DNA of 64,000 nucleotides, taken from Octopus vulgaris. Taxonomy: Eukaryota. This document shows, in pieces, positions 1-11,389 of this stretch. The position numbers and the translations under genes were made by a program. Location: positions 54,312,001 to 54,376,000 of the forward strand of contig OX597830.1 in NCBI GenBank assembly GCA_951406725.2. Reading direction: 5' to 3'. Each line of letters begins with the position of its first letter. Within the stretch, counting starts at the first letter, position 1. Below the pieces are notes generated by a model, which did not search any database, was not told where the DNA came from, and saw only the letters and a list, made by a program, of their open reading frames with translations.

Positions 1-185
1 AACGCAAAACATTACATTCAAATACGAACGTGAAATGCTTGAGTTCCTGTTTAGATGAAATTGCCTAATCAGCTTTCGCTGCCATAACTACTTAGAGGAA
101 AAGAAAATAGGAGAAAAGAAAACTTATTCATCGTAAAGTATTTTTATGTTCATACATATACATACAGACAGATAGACAGAGACAC

Positions 186-236
<51 letters not shown>

Positions 237-379
237 AATAAAAACACACACCCATATATACAAATACACACACACATATATATGTACATATATAAATATA
301 TATACATACACATAAATATACATACGTAGATCCAGACATGCACATACATAAAGACAGATACACACACACACACACACAC

Positions 380-445
<66 letters not shown>

Positions 446-450
<5 letters not shown>

Positions 451-983
451 ACTAAATTTATCCAGCTATTGTGTATCTAGTGCACTCTTCGCCTTGAATG
501 TAATGATATATGTATAATATATGGCGTGTACTGGTACACCGGCGATTATAATTAATTTTATTGTATCGCATTTATCTTTGTTTACATATTCTCTCGATAA
601 ATTTCTGACCGTTAGACGATATACCACAATCCCCTATTTTGTCGGGTTTGTTCTGAGTCTGCGCAGTGTTTTGAATAGTTTAGAAAGAGCATTTCGATAG
701 ACGCACATGGGTCTATTGATATGGTCTTCCCATCATTAACAGGAATCTTACTGAAGAGCCAGCCTGAGTAAATAAATACTATTTTTATTACTGAATTTGG
801 CGAAACTGCAGTATAAGAAAAGTTAAGTTTGTAAAAGTTTTTAATTTTCATCTCACTAAATTTATCCAGCTATTGTGTATCTAGTGCACTCTTCGCCTTG
901 AATGTAATGATATATGTATAATATATGGCGTGTACTGGTACACCGGCGATTATAATTAATTTTATTGTATCGCATTTATCTTT

Positions 984-988
<5 letters not shown>
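446..988 (+). mobile_element. Retrozyme / Penelope-like non-autonomous element: 404-bp monomer plus 139-bp direct terminal redundancy
   Basis: 446-584 is identical to 850-988. It carries an internal hammerhead motif and is flanked on both sides by (TA)n. Confidence 0.7.
746..818 (+). ncRNA. Minimal type-I hammerhead ribozyme
   Basis: TCTTA-CTGAAGA-GCCA...TGGC-GAAA-CTGCAG-TA-TAAGA. Stem I TCTTA/TAAGA, complete core, palindromic stem III; predicted cleavage after 813. Confidence 0.8.
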
Positions 989-1029
<41 letters not shown>

Positions 1030-1031
<2 letters not shown>

Positions 1032-1700
1032 TCCTGGATTCTCAGAACTTTCCAGTCGAGAGATATCCACACCATTATCCTTCTCTTCTCCGCTTTTGCC
1101 CGACCCCACCTTGAATACTGTTGTCCACTGTGGTCTCCCCACACAATACAAGGTATCATAAAAGTTGAAGCACCTCAAAGGGCAATCACAAAAAAGATAG
1201 ATGGCATGACATGCCTCGACTATTGGGGTTGACTAGAAAAGCTAAAACTTTATTCTCTCCAACGTCGTCGTGAGCGCTACATCATCTGCATGATGTGGAA
1301 AATATTCCATCAGCATTGCCCAAATGATGTTGGCATCACCTTTAAGGTACATCCAAGGCTTGGGCCCCGTGCCATCCGCCCAAAACAAAAATCGCACTCT
1401 CATCTCATAACAACAATACGGCACAATTATTTCACCTCAATTGGCCCCGCTCTCTTTAACATTACACCAAAACACATTAAAACAGAAACTGACCCTATAG
1501 GGTTCAAGAAGTCTTTGGACAGATTCCTTCAAGAAATCCCGGATAAACCCCCTACACCCGGATATGTCTCTGTAAACAATAACTCTCTACTTGAGTGGGC
1601 CATAGTGCCCAAATTCTGACTTGAAAGACTTCACCAGGTGGTGCTATTAAGTTGGACATGGCCTGGGCCAATAATGGCCGAAACCTATCAAAGTATCAAA

Positions 1701-1703
<3 letters not shown>
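1030..1703 (+). mobile_element. 5'-truncated CR1/L2-group LINE (ORF2 C-terminus and 3' end)
   Basis: RPHLEYCCPLWSPH...LYSLQRRRERY...FKKSLDRFL with one internal stop. 3' stem-loop ggcca-ataa-tggcc and (atcaaagt)2 tail. Confidence 0.8.
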
Positions 1704-1782
<79 letters not shown>

Positions 1783-1844
1783 CTCTCTTCGATACTTCAT
1801 GAGTGTAGCCTCACCCCCTAGGATGTTTGGAAAACTCATGTGTT

Positions 1845-1931
1845 TTGGCTGATGAATACGGGACACTTGTATTTGCTGCAATATTTGCAGCTTTTAATAA
1901 AGCTGTTCTTCGTATGAAACAATTGTACTGA
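1845..1931 (+). ncRNA. Minimal type-I hammerhead ribozyme with branched stem II
   Basis: TTGG-CTGATGA-ATACG...CGTAT-GAAA-CAATTG-TA-CTGA. Palindromic stem III; stem I relies on G-U pairs. Confidence 0.75.
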
Positions 1932-2013
1932 ACAACTAATCCATTCTTGTTGCTTTTTTCTTGGTTATATATATATACACCTACATACATACATACATAC
2001 ATGCATACATACA

Positions 2014-2071
<58 letters not shown>

Positions 2072-2630
2072 ATACACATCCACGACACAGATATTCATAC
2101 ACGTATACATCCTTGACACCTACATATAGCTTCCTACAGAAGCAGGCACAACCACCCAGCCGCACACATGAACAAAATAAACAAAAACAAATTACACCAA
2201 CGTGTATAAACAGGAGATACAAATATTACAGGCACTCCCCCCACACACTAACTAAACATAGACACACATAGAGGTATACGCATGCGCAAATAAAGACACA
2301 TAAAATAGGAATATAAAATACAAAATGGCTGACCGTTAGTAAGGAGAGACACACAAATAAGAAAGAAGAAGGCAAAGGACCACTGATGAGGTCACAGAAG
2401 TGTGACGAAGGAACTCTGGCTGAAATAAGATTAAGATTATTGTAAAAAATAAATAAGGTTGAAGCAAATTAACACCAAATATATAGTGCATGTGTTTTTA
2501 TTGGCTAAACTGGCAAAATGACCATTCCGAAATATAACAATATAAATATCACTGAAGCAAAGTAACACCCAATATATAGTGCATGTGTTTTTATTGGCTA
2601 AACTGGCAAAATGACCATTCCTAAATACAG

Positions 2631-2662
<32 letters not shown>

Positions 2663-2690
2663 CAATTGGCGTGATTAATAAAAAATTCTC

Positions 2691-2757
<67 letters not shown>

Positions 2758-3305
2758 CATAATTGGCATGATTAATAAAAAAATTCTCGTATATATATAT
2801 ATATATACAACGACCTCAAACCCACAAGAGTAAACAAGAGAGACAGAGACAGGCAGAAACAAGGAAAATACCACTATACAAATATCATTTTAAAAGACTT
2901 TTTTGATTTTTCCAAAATTTAATTGTTTTCCACACTTACAGTTGAAAAAGTCTCAATGACTTAAACCGGTACTGAAATGTTTTTTATAAAATTATTTTAG
3001 TATTTTCTATCTTGACTTTTTTCCATATATATATTGTTGGATTTCGGGACGGTTATTGTTTTGTCAAATAAACACACTATATATTCGTTTTGCATTCGTT
3101 TATTACTGTTCTTATTCTAACTCATGTCAATTGTCCGGATATCTTTCGTCACACATCTGTGACCTCCTCATCGACAGTTTCCGTGTTTGTGTGTGCTCCT
3201 ACTCTTCTTATTCCATTCTGCTCTTCTATGATGTTTATCCTCACATACGCATGCGTCTGTGATAGTGTGAGTGTGTGTACATGTGTGTGCGTGTGTGTGT
3301 GTGCA

Positions 3306-3387
<82 letters not shown>

Positions 3388-3644
3388 CCATATACCATAT
3401 ACGGGTTGCAAATTCTGTTTGTTTGTGGAGACTTTTTTACTAGTAGGAGAAATGGTGACCTGTTTGGCTGCCATTTCTAATATTTTCGGTATGTGGTTTT
3501 GAGCAACTTGTTGCAATTAACCCTTTATTATAATTAATATAATCCTTACCAAATATAGTCTTTTCCATACCGATAAAACTACTAGGTGAAATTTATTAAT
3601 TTTATTAAATTAATTATATTTCACCCTTTTTATATATATATATG

Positions 3645-3704
<60 letters not shown>

Positions 3705-3708
<4 letters not shown>

Positions 3709-3862
3709 CGTATATTTTGCATAGACACACTTTCTGTGCCCTATTAGAGGGCGCAGAAAGTGTGTCTATAGTCAGCTGGAGGAGGTGTCCTCCTGGGGCT
3801 ACAGACTACAGTAGCATCCACCCTTAGGGGTTAGCCATATTTAAATGGCAAATATACGTCAC
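3705..3862. repeat. Small foldback/MITE-like element with internal 22-bp hairpin
   Basis: Terminal inverted match gtgacgtatattt(t)gc / gcaaatatacgtcac; 3721-3742 pairs with 3748-3769. Confidence 0.55.
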
Positions 3863-3911
3863 GATGTGTTGTAGCTACTGTTTATAACTCGCTCTGATAT
3901 TTATTATTGCT

Positions 3912-3966
<55 letters not shown>

Positions 3967-4090
3967 ATGCACGTATTTATGTATGTGTATATGCGTATGT
4001 GTATGTGTGTATATACATTGTAGACAAGATTTATTCTACTATGTAAGAGGAAAAGAGGATTCAATGCTCTTTTTACATCACTATATACGA

Positions 4091-4993
4091 TTAATTGAGT
4101 TCAGTTTTCTCATGCGACGGGTGATCTGTAGATTCTTTACATTTCCCTGGCCATAATTTCCGTACACTCTGTCTTATAGTGGCGTCGAAAAGCCATATAA
4201 ACGGCAAAAGCAGGAAGCATACAAAAAAAGTAATCCGATAATTGATGAACATCTGAACGCTAAAAATTGGGAAAATATTCAAAGCAAACAAGTTTCCTTG
4301 AAGACAAAAAATTAAAACGAAAATAAGAACAACGATTAAAGTTCTTAATGGTGATTTCATCATCTCACATTGTTTACCTCTAACGGCAATGTAGATCAGT
4401 ACGCCTATAAACACTAACAATGCTATCATCACAAATACTGAAAATATATTCATGATTGTTGTGAAACTATTCCCTAAGTAAATAAAACAACTAGATGGAT
4501 TTTCTTTTTTGAGCGTCAGAATCACTGCCAGATAAAGTACCCAGAGAAAGGCCCACAAAATCCCTGTCATTGCGTACTGGATAGTTAAAAACTTTTGACT
4601 TTCATATTTGCTTGGAAGAAAATATTTCACGATAAAATCACAGCAAATAGGGAATAAGAAATATTTTGACCCTTCTTCTAGAACATAATGAGTTATCACA
4701 AAAAATGCACAAGTTGAGGTTGGCAAATCTCGGAATCGATAGACATGAATATTCTGAAAATAAATGAACAAGGCAAACAATGCATAGTTCAACATATAGT
4801 TCAGCAATGATAGAGAGCGCGTTTTCCCGTGAGATTTACGATCTAGGAAAATGGCGATCATCAGAAATGCATTGGTCAGGATAACTAGAATGATCGAGAC
4901 ACACATAAATATATTCAACCGCCCGAAGGTATCATCCCCGAAGATTGAAGTGTCAGCGTCATTACTGGCTGTAGTCATTTGTAAATCTTCCAT
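4091..4993 (-). CDS. Orphan 7TM class A GPCR-like receptor, paralogue 1 (300 aa, single coding exon)
   Basis: Intact ORF with seven hydrophobic segments. TM1 Asn (ILTNAFL), TM3 Cys (TCAFF) plus ECL2 Cys (SSCFI), [15 protein letters not shown] in the register of the class A DRY...P..Y region, TM4 Trp, and TM7/helix 8 [19 protein letters not shown]. Four paralogues in the window. Confidence 0.9.
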   Translation of the reverse strand: MEDLQMTTASNDADTSIFGDDTFGRLNIFMCVSIILVILTNAFLMIAIFLDRKSHGKTRSLSLLNYMLNYALFALFIYFQNIHVYRFRDLPTSTCAFFVITHYVLEEGSKYFLFPICCDFIVKYFLPSKYESQKFLTIQYAMTGILWAFLWVLYLAVILTLKKENPSSCFIYLGNSFTTIMNIFSVFVMIALLVFIGVLIYIAVRGKQCEMMKSPLRTLIVVLIFVLIFCLQGNLFALNIFPIFSVQMFINYRITFFVCFLLLPFIWLFDATIRQSVRKLWPGKCKESTDHPSHEKTELN

Positions 4994-4997
4994 AATT

Positions 4998-5025
4998 CTG
5001 AAATAGACAATAAAAGAAATAAAGT
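4998..5025 (-). promoter_or_regulatory. 3' splice acceptor of 5'-UTR intron, paralogue 1
   Basis: Minus strand reads tttcttttattgtctatttcag|AATT ATG; the motif is conserved in all five paralogues. Confidence 0.75.
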
Positions 5026-5589
5026 AACGAGTTAAATTGTATTTTCTTTATATAGTGATAATTTTAACTGAAATTTTTACAACTGTTATTTAGTTGAAAT
5101 TGTGCCAAAGATAGGATCTCTTGTTACAATAACGATGATGAGTGGGATCAATCACAACTATGCTGTACTGGCTTCTTCTCTATCCCAATAAAATCCCAAT
5201 AAACGATAGAAAACATCTCGGAAACCATACACTGCACAAATGTGTGTTGAAATAGTTTCCTTCATCTTCGGAAATGCATGAAAGTCAAAATATAACATTG
5301 AAGTCTCTCATAAAGCCAAATGTCACACGGCTTAGTAGAGGTAGAACGAAATTAGCCTTTAGAAAATAATGTTGTAGACGTAGTTGTGGATGATGAAGTA
5401 CAATTTATAGGGAGATTTGTTGTTTTAGAAAATCGATGAACGTAATGAAATTGACTGACTTCTTGTTTAAGGAGATTTTACAACTGAAATATGAAATAAA
5501 AAAGAGCCAGGCGAGTTAATTTTCTCGACAAGAATTATTTTTCTTTGCTTATGCACTCGCATATATAAAGTACCTTTTAGCATACGACG

Positions 5590-5637
<48 letters not shown>

Positions 5638-5861
5638 GAAGGTTGAAAAGGAACATACGAGTTGATATATATGAAAAAAAAAAACAAGTCAAGGTAGAAA
5701 ATGCTAAAATAGTTTTATAAAAACATTTCAGTACCGCCATTGAGACTTTTTCAACTGTAACTATGGAAAAGAATTAAATTTTGGAAAAATTGAAAGAAAA
5801 GTTTTTTAAAAGAATATTTGCATAGTGTTCAAATACAAGTGGCATTTTCCTTGTTTCTATC

Positions 5862-5924
<63 letters not shown>

Positions 5925-6145
5925 AGAGTAAACAAGACAGATAGAAACAGGCAGAAACAAGAACATAGGGATACCAAAAGTCCAAGCGAAGTTTAAAACC
6001 AAATAAAAAGAACAAACGTTATGAGTGGCAGGAGAAGGCTTTGCAGGGTAGATTCCCAAAGATAGTTGCAGCAAATTGTAGAAATGTTCAATTGGTACTT
6101 ATTTTATCGACCCCGAAAGGTTGAAAGGTAAAATCGACCTCGCCT

Positions 6146-6226
<81 letters not shown>

Positions 6227-6404
6227 CAAAGTGAAAATCTTAGCAGCAGACATCTAGCTGTTATCTCGCTCCCCGTCGTGTAGCAGATTCCCTTGTCGGT
6301 CATAGATGACTTCTCGTTAGGACGTTGGTTTGGCGGCCCGCTCTCACATACACAAATATGTGTTTATATACATAAACGCACACTCATTCTTTTATTCTTT
6401 CTTT

Positions 6405-6614
6405 CTTTTACTTGTTTCAGTCATTTGACTGCGGCCATGCTGGAGCACCACATTTAGTCGAGCAAGTCGACCCCGGGACTTATTCTTTGTAAGCCCAGTA
6501 CTTATTCTACCGGTCTCTTTTGCCGAACCGCTAAGTGACGGGGACGTAAACACACCAGCATCGGTTGTTAAGCAATGCTAGGGGGACAAACACACACACA
6601 CAAACACACACACA

Positions 6615-6686
<72 letters not shown>

Positions 6687-6856
6687 CATATATACACCAG
6701 GCTTCTTTCAGTTTCCGTCTACCAAATCCACTCACAAGGCTTTGGTCGGCCCGGGGCTATAGTAGAAGACACTTGCCCAAGATGCCACGCAGTGGGATTG
6801 AACCCGGAACCATGTGGTTGGTTAGCAAGCTACTTACCACACAGCCACTCCTGCAC
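6405..6856 (-). mobile_element. tRNA-derived SINE family A with internal (CA)n/(TA)n
   Basis: Pol III-like head (aggagtggctgtgtggtaag...ggttcaatccc). Homologous copies at 29500-29908 (+), 54640-55070 (-) and partial 37003-37150. Confidence 0.75.
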
Positions 6857-7230
6857 CTCATGTATACATTTAATACTTTTTTCTTGAAAAAACTCAGGTT
6901 GGAAATAGTGTTGGATAAATAGGTATCTCGTATGCATACATACATCATACACACTCACAAACACACACATACATACATACATACACATACATACATACAT
7001 ACATACATACATACATACATACATACATACATACATACATACACACATACATACATACATAAATACATACACACTCTCACACATACATACATACATACAT
7101 GCACACTCTCACACACACACATACATACACACACATACATACATACATACATACATACATACATACATAAATGCATACATTCATACATACATACATACAT
7201 ACATAGATACATACATATATCTATATCTAA

Positions 7231-7305
<75 letters not shown>

Positions 7306-7336
7306 AATATAGATATAGATATAGATATAGATATAG

Positions 7337-7368
<32 letters not shown>

Positions 7369-7399
7369 ATGTGTGTGTGAGTGTGTATGATATATGTAA

Positions 7400-8830
7400 T
7401 ACAGTAATACCTGTCGTTGATCGGGTAATTACTTTTCCTGTTTCTTGGGCCGGGACGCTAGAAAAATGGGTAATATCACATAAAAGAATAGCTTTACGGA
7501 ATCCAGATGACTGCGATGGCACTGAGCAGGCTACAGGCCAAGTGGAACATCACTGTTCCTATAGGAAAAGCATTGCACGACGTGCGTTTGTTTGGTGTTC
7601 ACTTTTTGACGATCTTTTTCTTTTTTAGTAGACATCTTTTTTATTAGGAATATCAGTAATAGTGAAGTGAATTTACAGATGCTGTGTCTTGTCAGTCAGA
7701 TTTAGGTTTACTCGTCCTGTACGTGTGTATTATATAAGAGAAAAGCATGTAATCATTGAAGTAGAAAAAAGATAGACTTCGTATACAAGCTTCTGTTTGT
7801 TCCTCAAGTTGCAGTCCAGCAACTTTTAGTGTTTGGCACTGAGTTTTATTAATGCCCATATCAGAACCGAGAAGCTAGAAAAATGGGTATATCATATAGA
7901 AGAATAGCTTTACGGAATCCAGGTGACTGCGATGTCACTGAAAAGGCTGCAGGTCAAGTGGAACATCTATTCCTCACTCTTCCTTTTGGCGTTTGAATAG
8001 GGGGTATATCGTGAATGAAGCTAGAAGGATAGCTATATCATATAGAAGAATAGCTTTAGGGAATCCAGGTGACTGTGCGATGTCGCTGGGAAGGCCACGG
8101 GTTAAGTGGAAGACCCATTTGTCATGGTTTCTTTTGACATATGAATAAGCCGTATGCCCGAGGAGATTTGAAAGATTCAGGTTCGAATCTGAACCAGGGT
8201 GAGACTACGACTACAAATTTAGGTTTGCGCGTGTCTCATCCTCGTTTCGTGCTGCACGTCGTGCGTTTGTTTGGTGATCGTTTTTTGACGGCCCTTTTTT
8301 AGTAGACATTTTTTGATTGGGAATATCAGTAAAAAATAGTGAAATGAAATTACAAATGCTGTGTCTTTTCAGTGTTAGTGGTGAAATTCCGACGCTATAT
8401 TACAAGCATGGAAAGCAAGGCAACAGTAAAGTCCGATGAAATTACAAATGCTGTGTCATGTCAGTCAGATTTAAGTTTACTAGTCTTGTATGAGTGTATT
8501 ATAGAAGAGAAAACATAATAATTGAAGCAGAAAAACGATGAATTTCATATACGAACTTCTGTTTGTTCTTCAAGTTGGCTGCAATCTAACAGCTGTAAGT
8601 GTTTGGCCCTGACTCTTATAAATGATCATGGCAAAAGAAAGTGGGATAGAAAATTGAAAGGGCTCAAATTTTAATGAGACATTAGATGTTATAACTGGTA
8701 TGCGAGGAACGATGGCGATGTTACATTCACCACAACCAGTGAGAATATTCGCTTCAATGCAGTTCGGCATAGGCTTGTGCACAACTAGTGTTGCCTCCAT
8801 TGAATCACTTGCTTTTATTTTTATGGGACA
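7400..8830 (-). mobile_element. Helitron remnant (PIF1-type helicase C-terminus plus internally duplicated 3' region)
   Basis: IEANILTG...VPRIP...FQFSIPLSFAMIIYKSQGQTL at ~8570-8800. A ~95-bp block is repeated three times (7457, 7874, 8019), and 7670-7850 is duplicated at 8440-8615. Confidence 0.7.
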
Positions 8831-8857
8831 AACAAACACAAAAATAGAGAGAATCTG

Positions 8858-8926
<69 letters not shown>

Positions 8927-9358
8927 TATATGTGCATATATGCACATATATACATGTATATGCATATACGTATTTCCGCATGGTATAATGCACTCATATA
9001 TATGCATGTAGGTATTTACATGAGAACATGTTTGCACGTGTATGTATGATGCACTCTAAAATCAAAATCAAAACAAAAAAAAAATCAAAAAGGAAAACCA
9101 ACAAACAATAAGAAATTTCAGGTATGCGCAAATATAACTAATTTTTATTAGATAATGAGTGTCAGCAAAGATTGTACCCAGTCTAGTTGCGCTGAATTCC
9201 CTCGGCGCATATCAATTTCAAATAGCAGCATAGTTTCGTACTGTTTCACATACATACATGCATACACACAAACATACATACATGCATACAAACTTACGTA
9301 CATACATACTTACACGCTTGTATGTATGTATATGTATCTATATATATGTATACGCATG

Positions 9359-9413
<55 letters not shown>

Positions 9414-9577
9414 TTTTATATTTGTATGTTTTAAAATAAACATACTAATTCCCACACGAAAGCACGTAATCTATGCCCTAGGCACGTAACTTCAACCGTG
9501 TTTTTTCTGATGTGAATTTGCTACCCATGTATCGGTTAATTCGAATTATCCTTAATAAGATAATTCATTCAACTACT

Positions 9578-9621
<44 letters not shown>

Positions 9622-10892
9622 CGAGGGGCGTTCAATAAGCAATGCCCCTGACCTACTTCCCATAGCAGTAGAGCAACGACACTTGGCACAGTTATTAGTC
9701 TTTTCCTACATAGGAACTACCCTAGAGTTATGCATTTCTCCCATCGTTTGATACAGCTCTGGATACCGTTTTTGTAGAAGACCCCAGCTTGGTCCTCCAA
9801 CCACGACGTGACTTCAGAAATCAAGGCTGCATCATCTGGGAAACGCTTTCCTTTCAAAATCAACTTCATGGCTGGGAAGAGGTGAAAATCAGAGGGTGCA
9901 AGGGGAGGAGTTCATAGCTGCACGCCTGTGCTTCTGATCTGGCGACACGCGAGTTGTGGACCGGAGCGTTGTCCTGCAGGAGGAGGATGCCTTTGCTGAT
10001 CTTGCCCCGCATCTTGATTTTGATAGCTTCTCTTAATTTCCTCAAAAGTGAAGCATAATAGGCTCTTGTAATTGTGGTACCCTTTGCCAGGAAATCTGTC
10101 ATCACTACTCCGTCCTGGTCCCAGAAGACTGTGAGCATAACCTTGTCAGCGGAGGACTGCACCCTTGCCTTCTTTGGAGGAGGTGAGTCACGGTGCTTTC
10201 ACTGCATTGACTGGGCTTTGGTCTATGGATCATAGTGATGGACCCAGGTTTTATCCTGTGTGATCAGTCTTTTGAAAAATTTTGACTCATCTTCTTGGCA
10301 CATCTCCAAATTCATCCTAGAGCACTCAACGCGTTCTTGCTTCTGGCAAGGTGTGAGCAACCTGGAAATCCATCTGGCAGATACCTTTTGCATATGCAAA
10401 TGGTCATGAATGATAGTTTCCACAGACCCGGTACTAATCTTGACCTTATGGGCTATTTGGCGAATAGTTATGCGTTGACCTTCCAAAATGGCAGCCTCAA
10501 CTTGACGGACAGACGTCTCATCAACGGCAGAAGGGGGCGACCAGATCTGGGAGCTGTTTCCACAGAGTTCCGACTATGTTTGAATTCACAATGCCAGCGT
10601 TTTACAAGGTCATATGATGGGGCATCATCACCATAAGTTACTTTCATTTCATCAAAAGTCTCCCGTGGTATGCGTCCTTTCAAATACAAAAACCAGATCA
10701 CTGCCCGACACTCAACAGGCTCCATTTCACACTTGACTCAGTTCAAACACCTGTAAATTAGAAACCACATTTAGTTCAGAGCTGTAATTCGCTACTTAAT
10801 CCATAGAGGTATAAATAAGTGCACATGCAAAATTTCAGTTAGATCAAACAACTGCAAGTGGGTCAGGGGCATTACTTATTGAACGCCCCTCG
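9622..10892 (-). mobile_element. Full-length mariner (Tc1/mariner, irritans-like) with frameshifted transposase
   Basis: ~32-bp TIRs cgaggggcgttcaataag(c/t)aatgcccctgacc with TA target duplication at both ends. Transposase fragments WISRLLT, WVHHYDP, KVMLTVFWD, LLQDNAPVH in three ORF pieces. Confidence 0.95.
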
Positions 10893-10937
10893 TACATATA
10901 GTTTCACATAATTTTAGTTAATATATATATGTATATT

Positions 10938-11026
<89 letters not shown>

Positions 11027-11089
11027 TGAGTACCGCTGCCAATTTTTTTTTCCTCTGTCTTCCCTTCTCGGGATCTTTCCTTCTCCTAT

Positions 11090-11124
11090 GTTTCCGACGA
11101 AGAGCTCCGCTCGAAACGTTAAAC
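11090..11124 (+). ncRNA. Ultra-minimal hammerhead-like motif
   Basis: GTTT-CCGACGA-A-GAGC tcc GCTC-GAAA-CG-TT-AAAC. U4->C core variant with ACGT palindromic stem III, inside a ~200-bp island between (TA)n tracts. Confidence 0.6.
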
Positions 11125-11218
11125 CCTCATTCTTTCCTTCTTTCCTGAGCGTCCAATAATACTATATTTGTTCCATGTCCTCGCGTTGTTGTGTTTCTTT
11201 GTGCTTTCTTGTTTGGAT

Positions 11219-11273
<55 letters not shown>

Positions 11274-11389
11274 GTCTATATGTATGAATGTATGTATATA
11301 GATATATACTATTTTTACATGACTATATATAATTAGTTTAGTTCAGTTACATCATGTGACGAGTGATCTGTAGATTCTTTACATTTTTT

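Noticed and set aside
124-452. Many ORFs rich in YI/CV/HT/RE/poly-L/poly-N here and throughout the window
   Set aside because: They are translations of (TA)n, (CA)n, (TACA)n, (GA)n and (TAA)n microsatellites, with no protein signal.
4091-4993. Assignment of the 7TM genes to opsins or to cephalopod chemotactile receptors
   Set aside because: There is no conserved TM7 retinal-binding Lys, and chemotactile receptors are 4-TM Cys-loop channels, not 7TM proteins.
7457-8115. Three spaced ~95-bp repeats resembling a CRISPR-like array
   Set aside because: The repeats are too long, diverged and irregularly spaced, lie within a Helitron remnant in a eukaryotic context, and have no cas genes.
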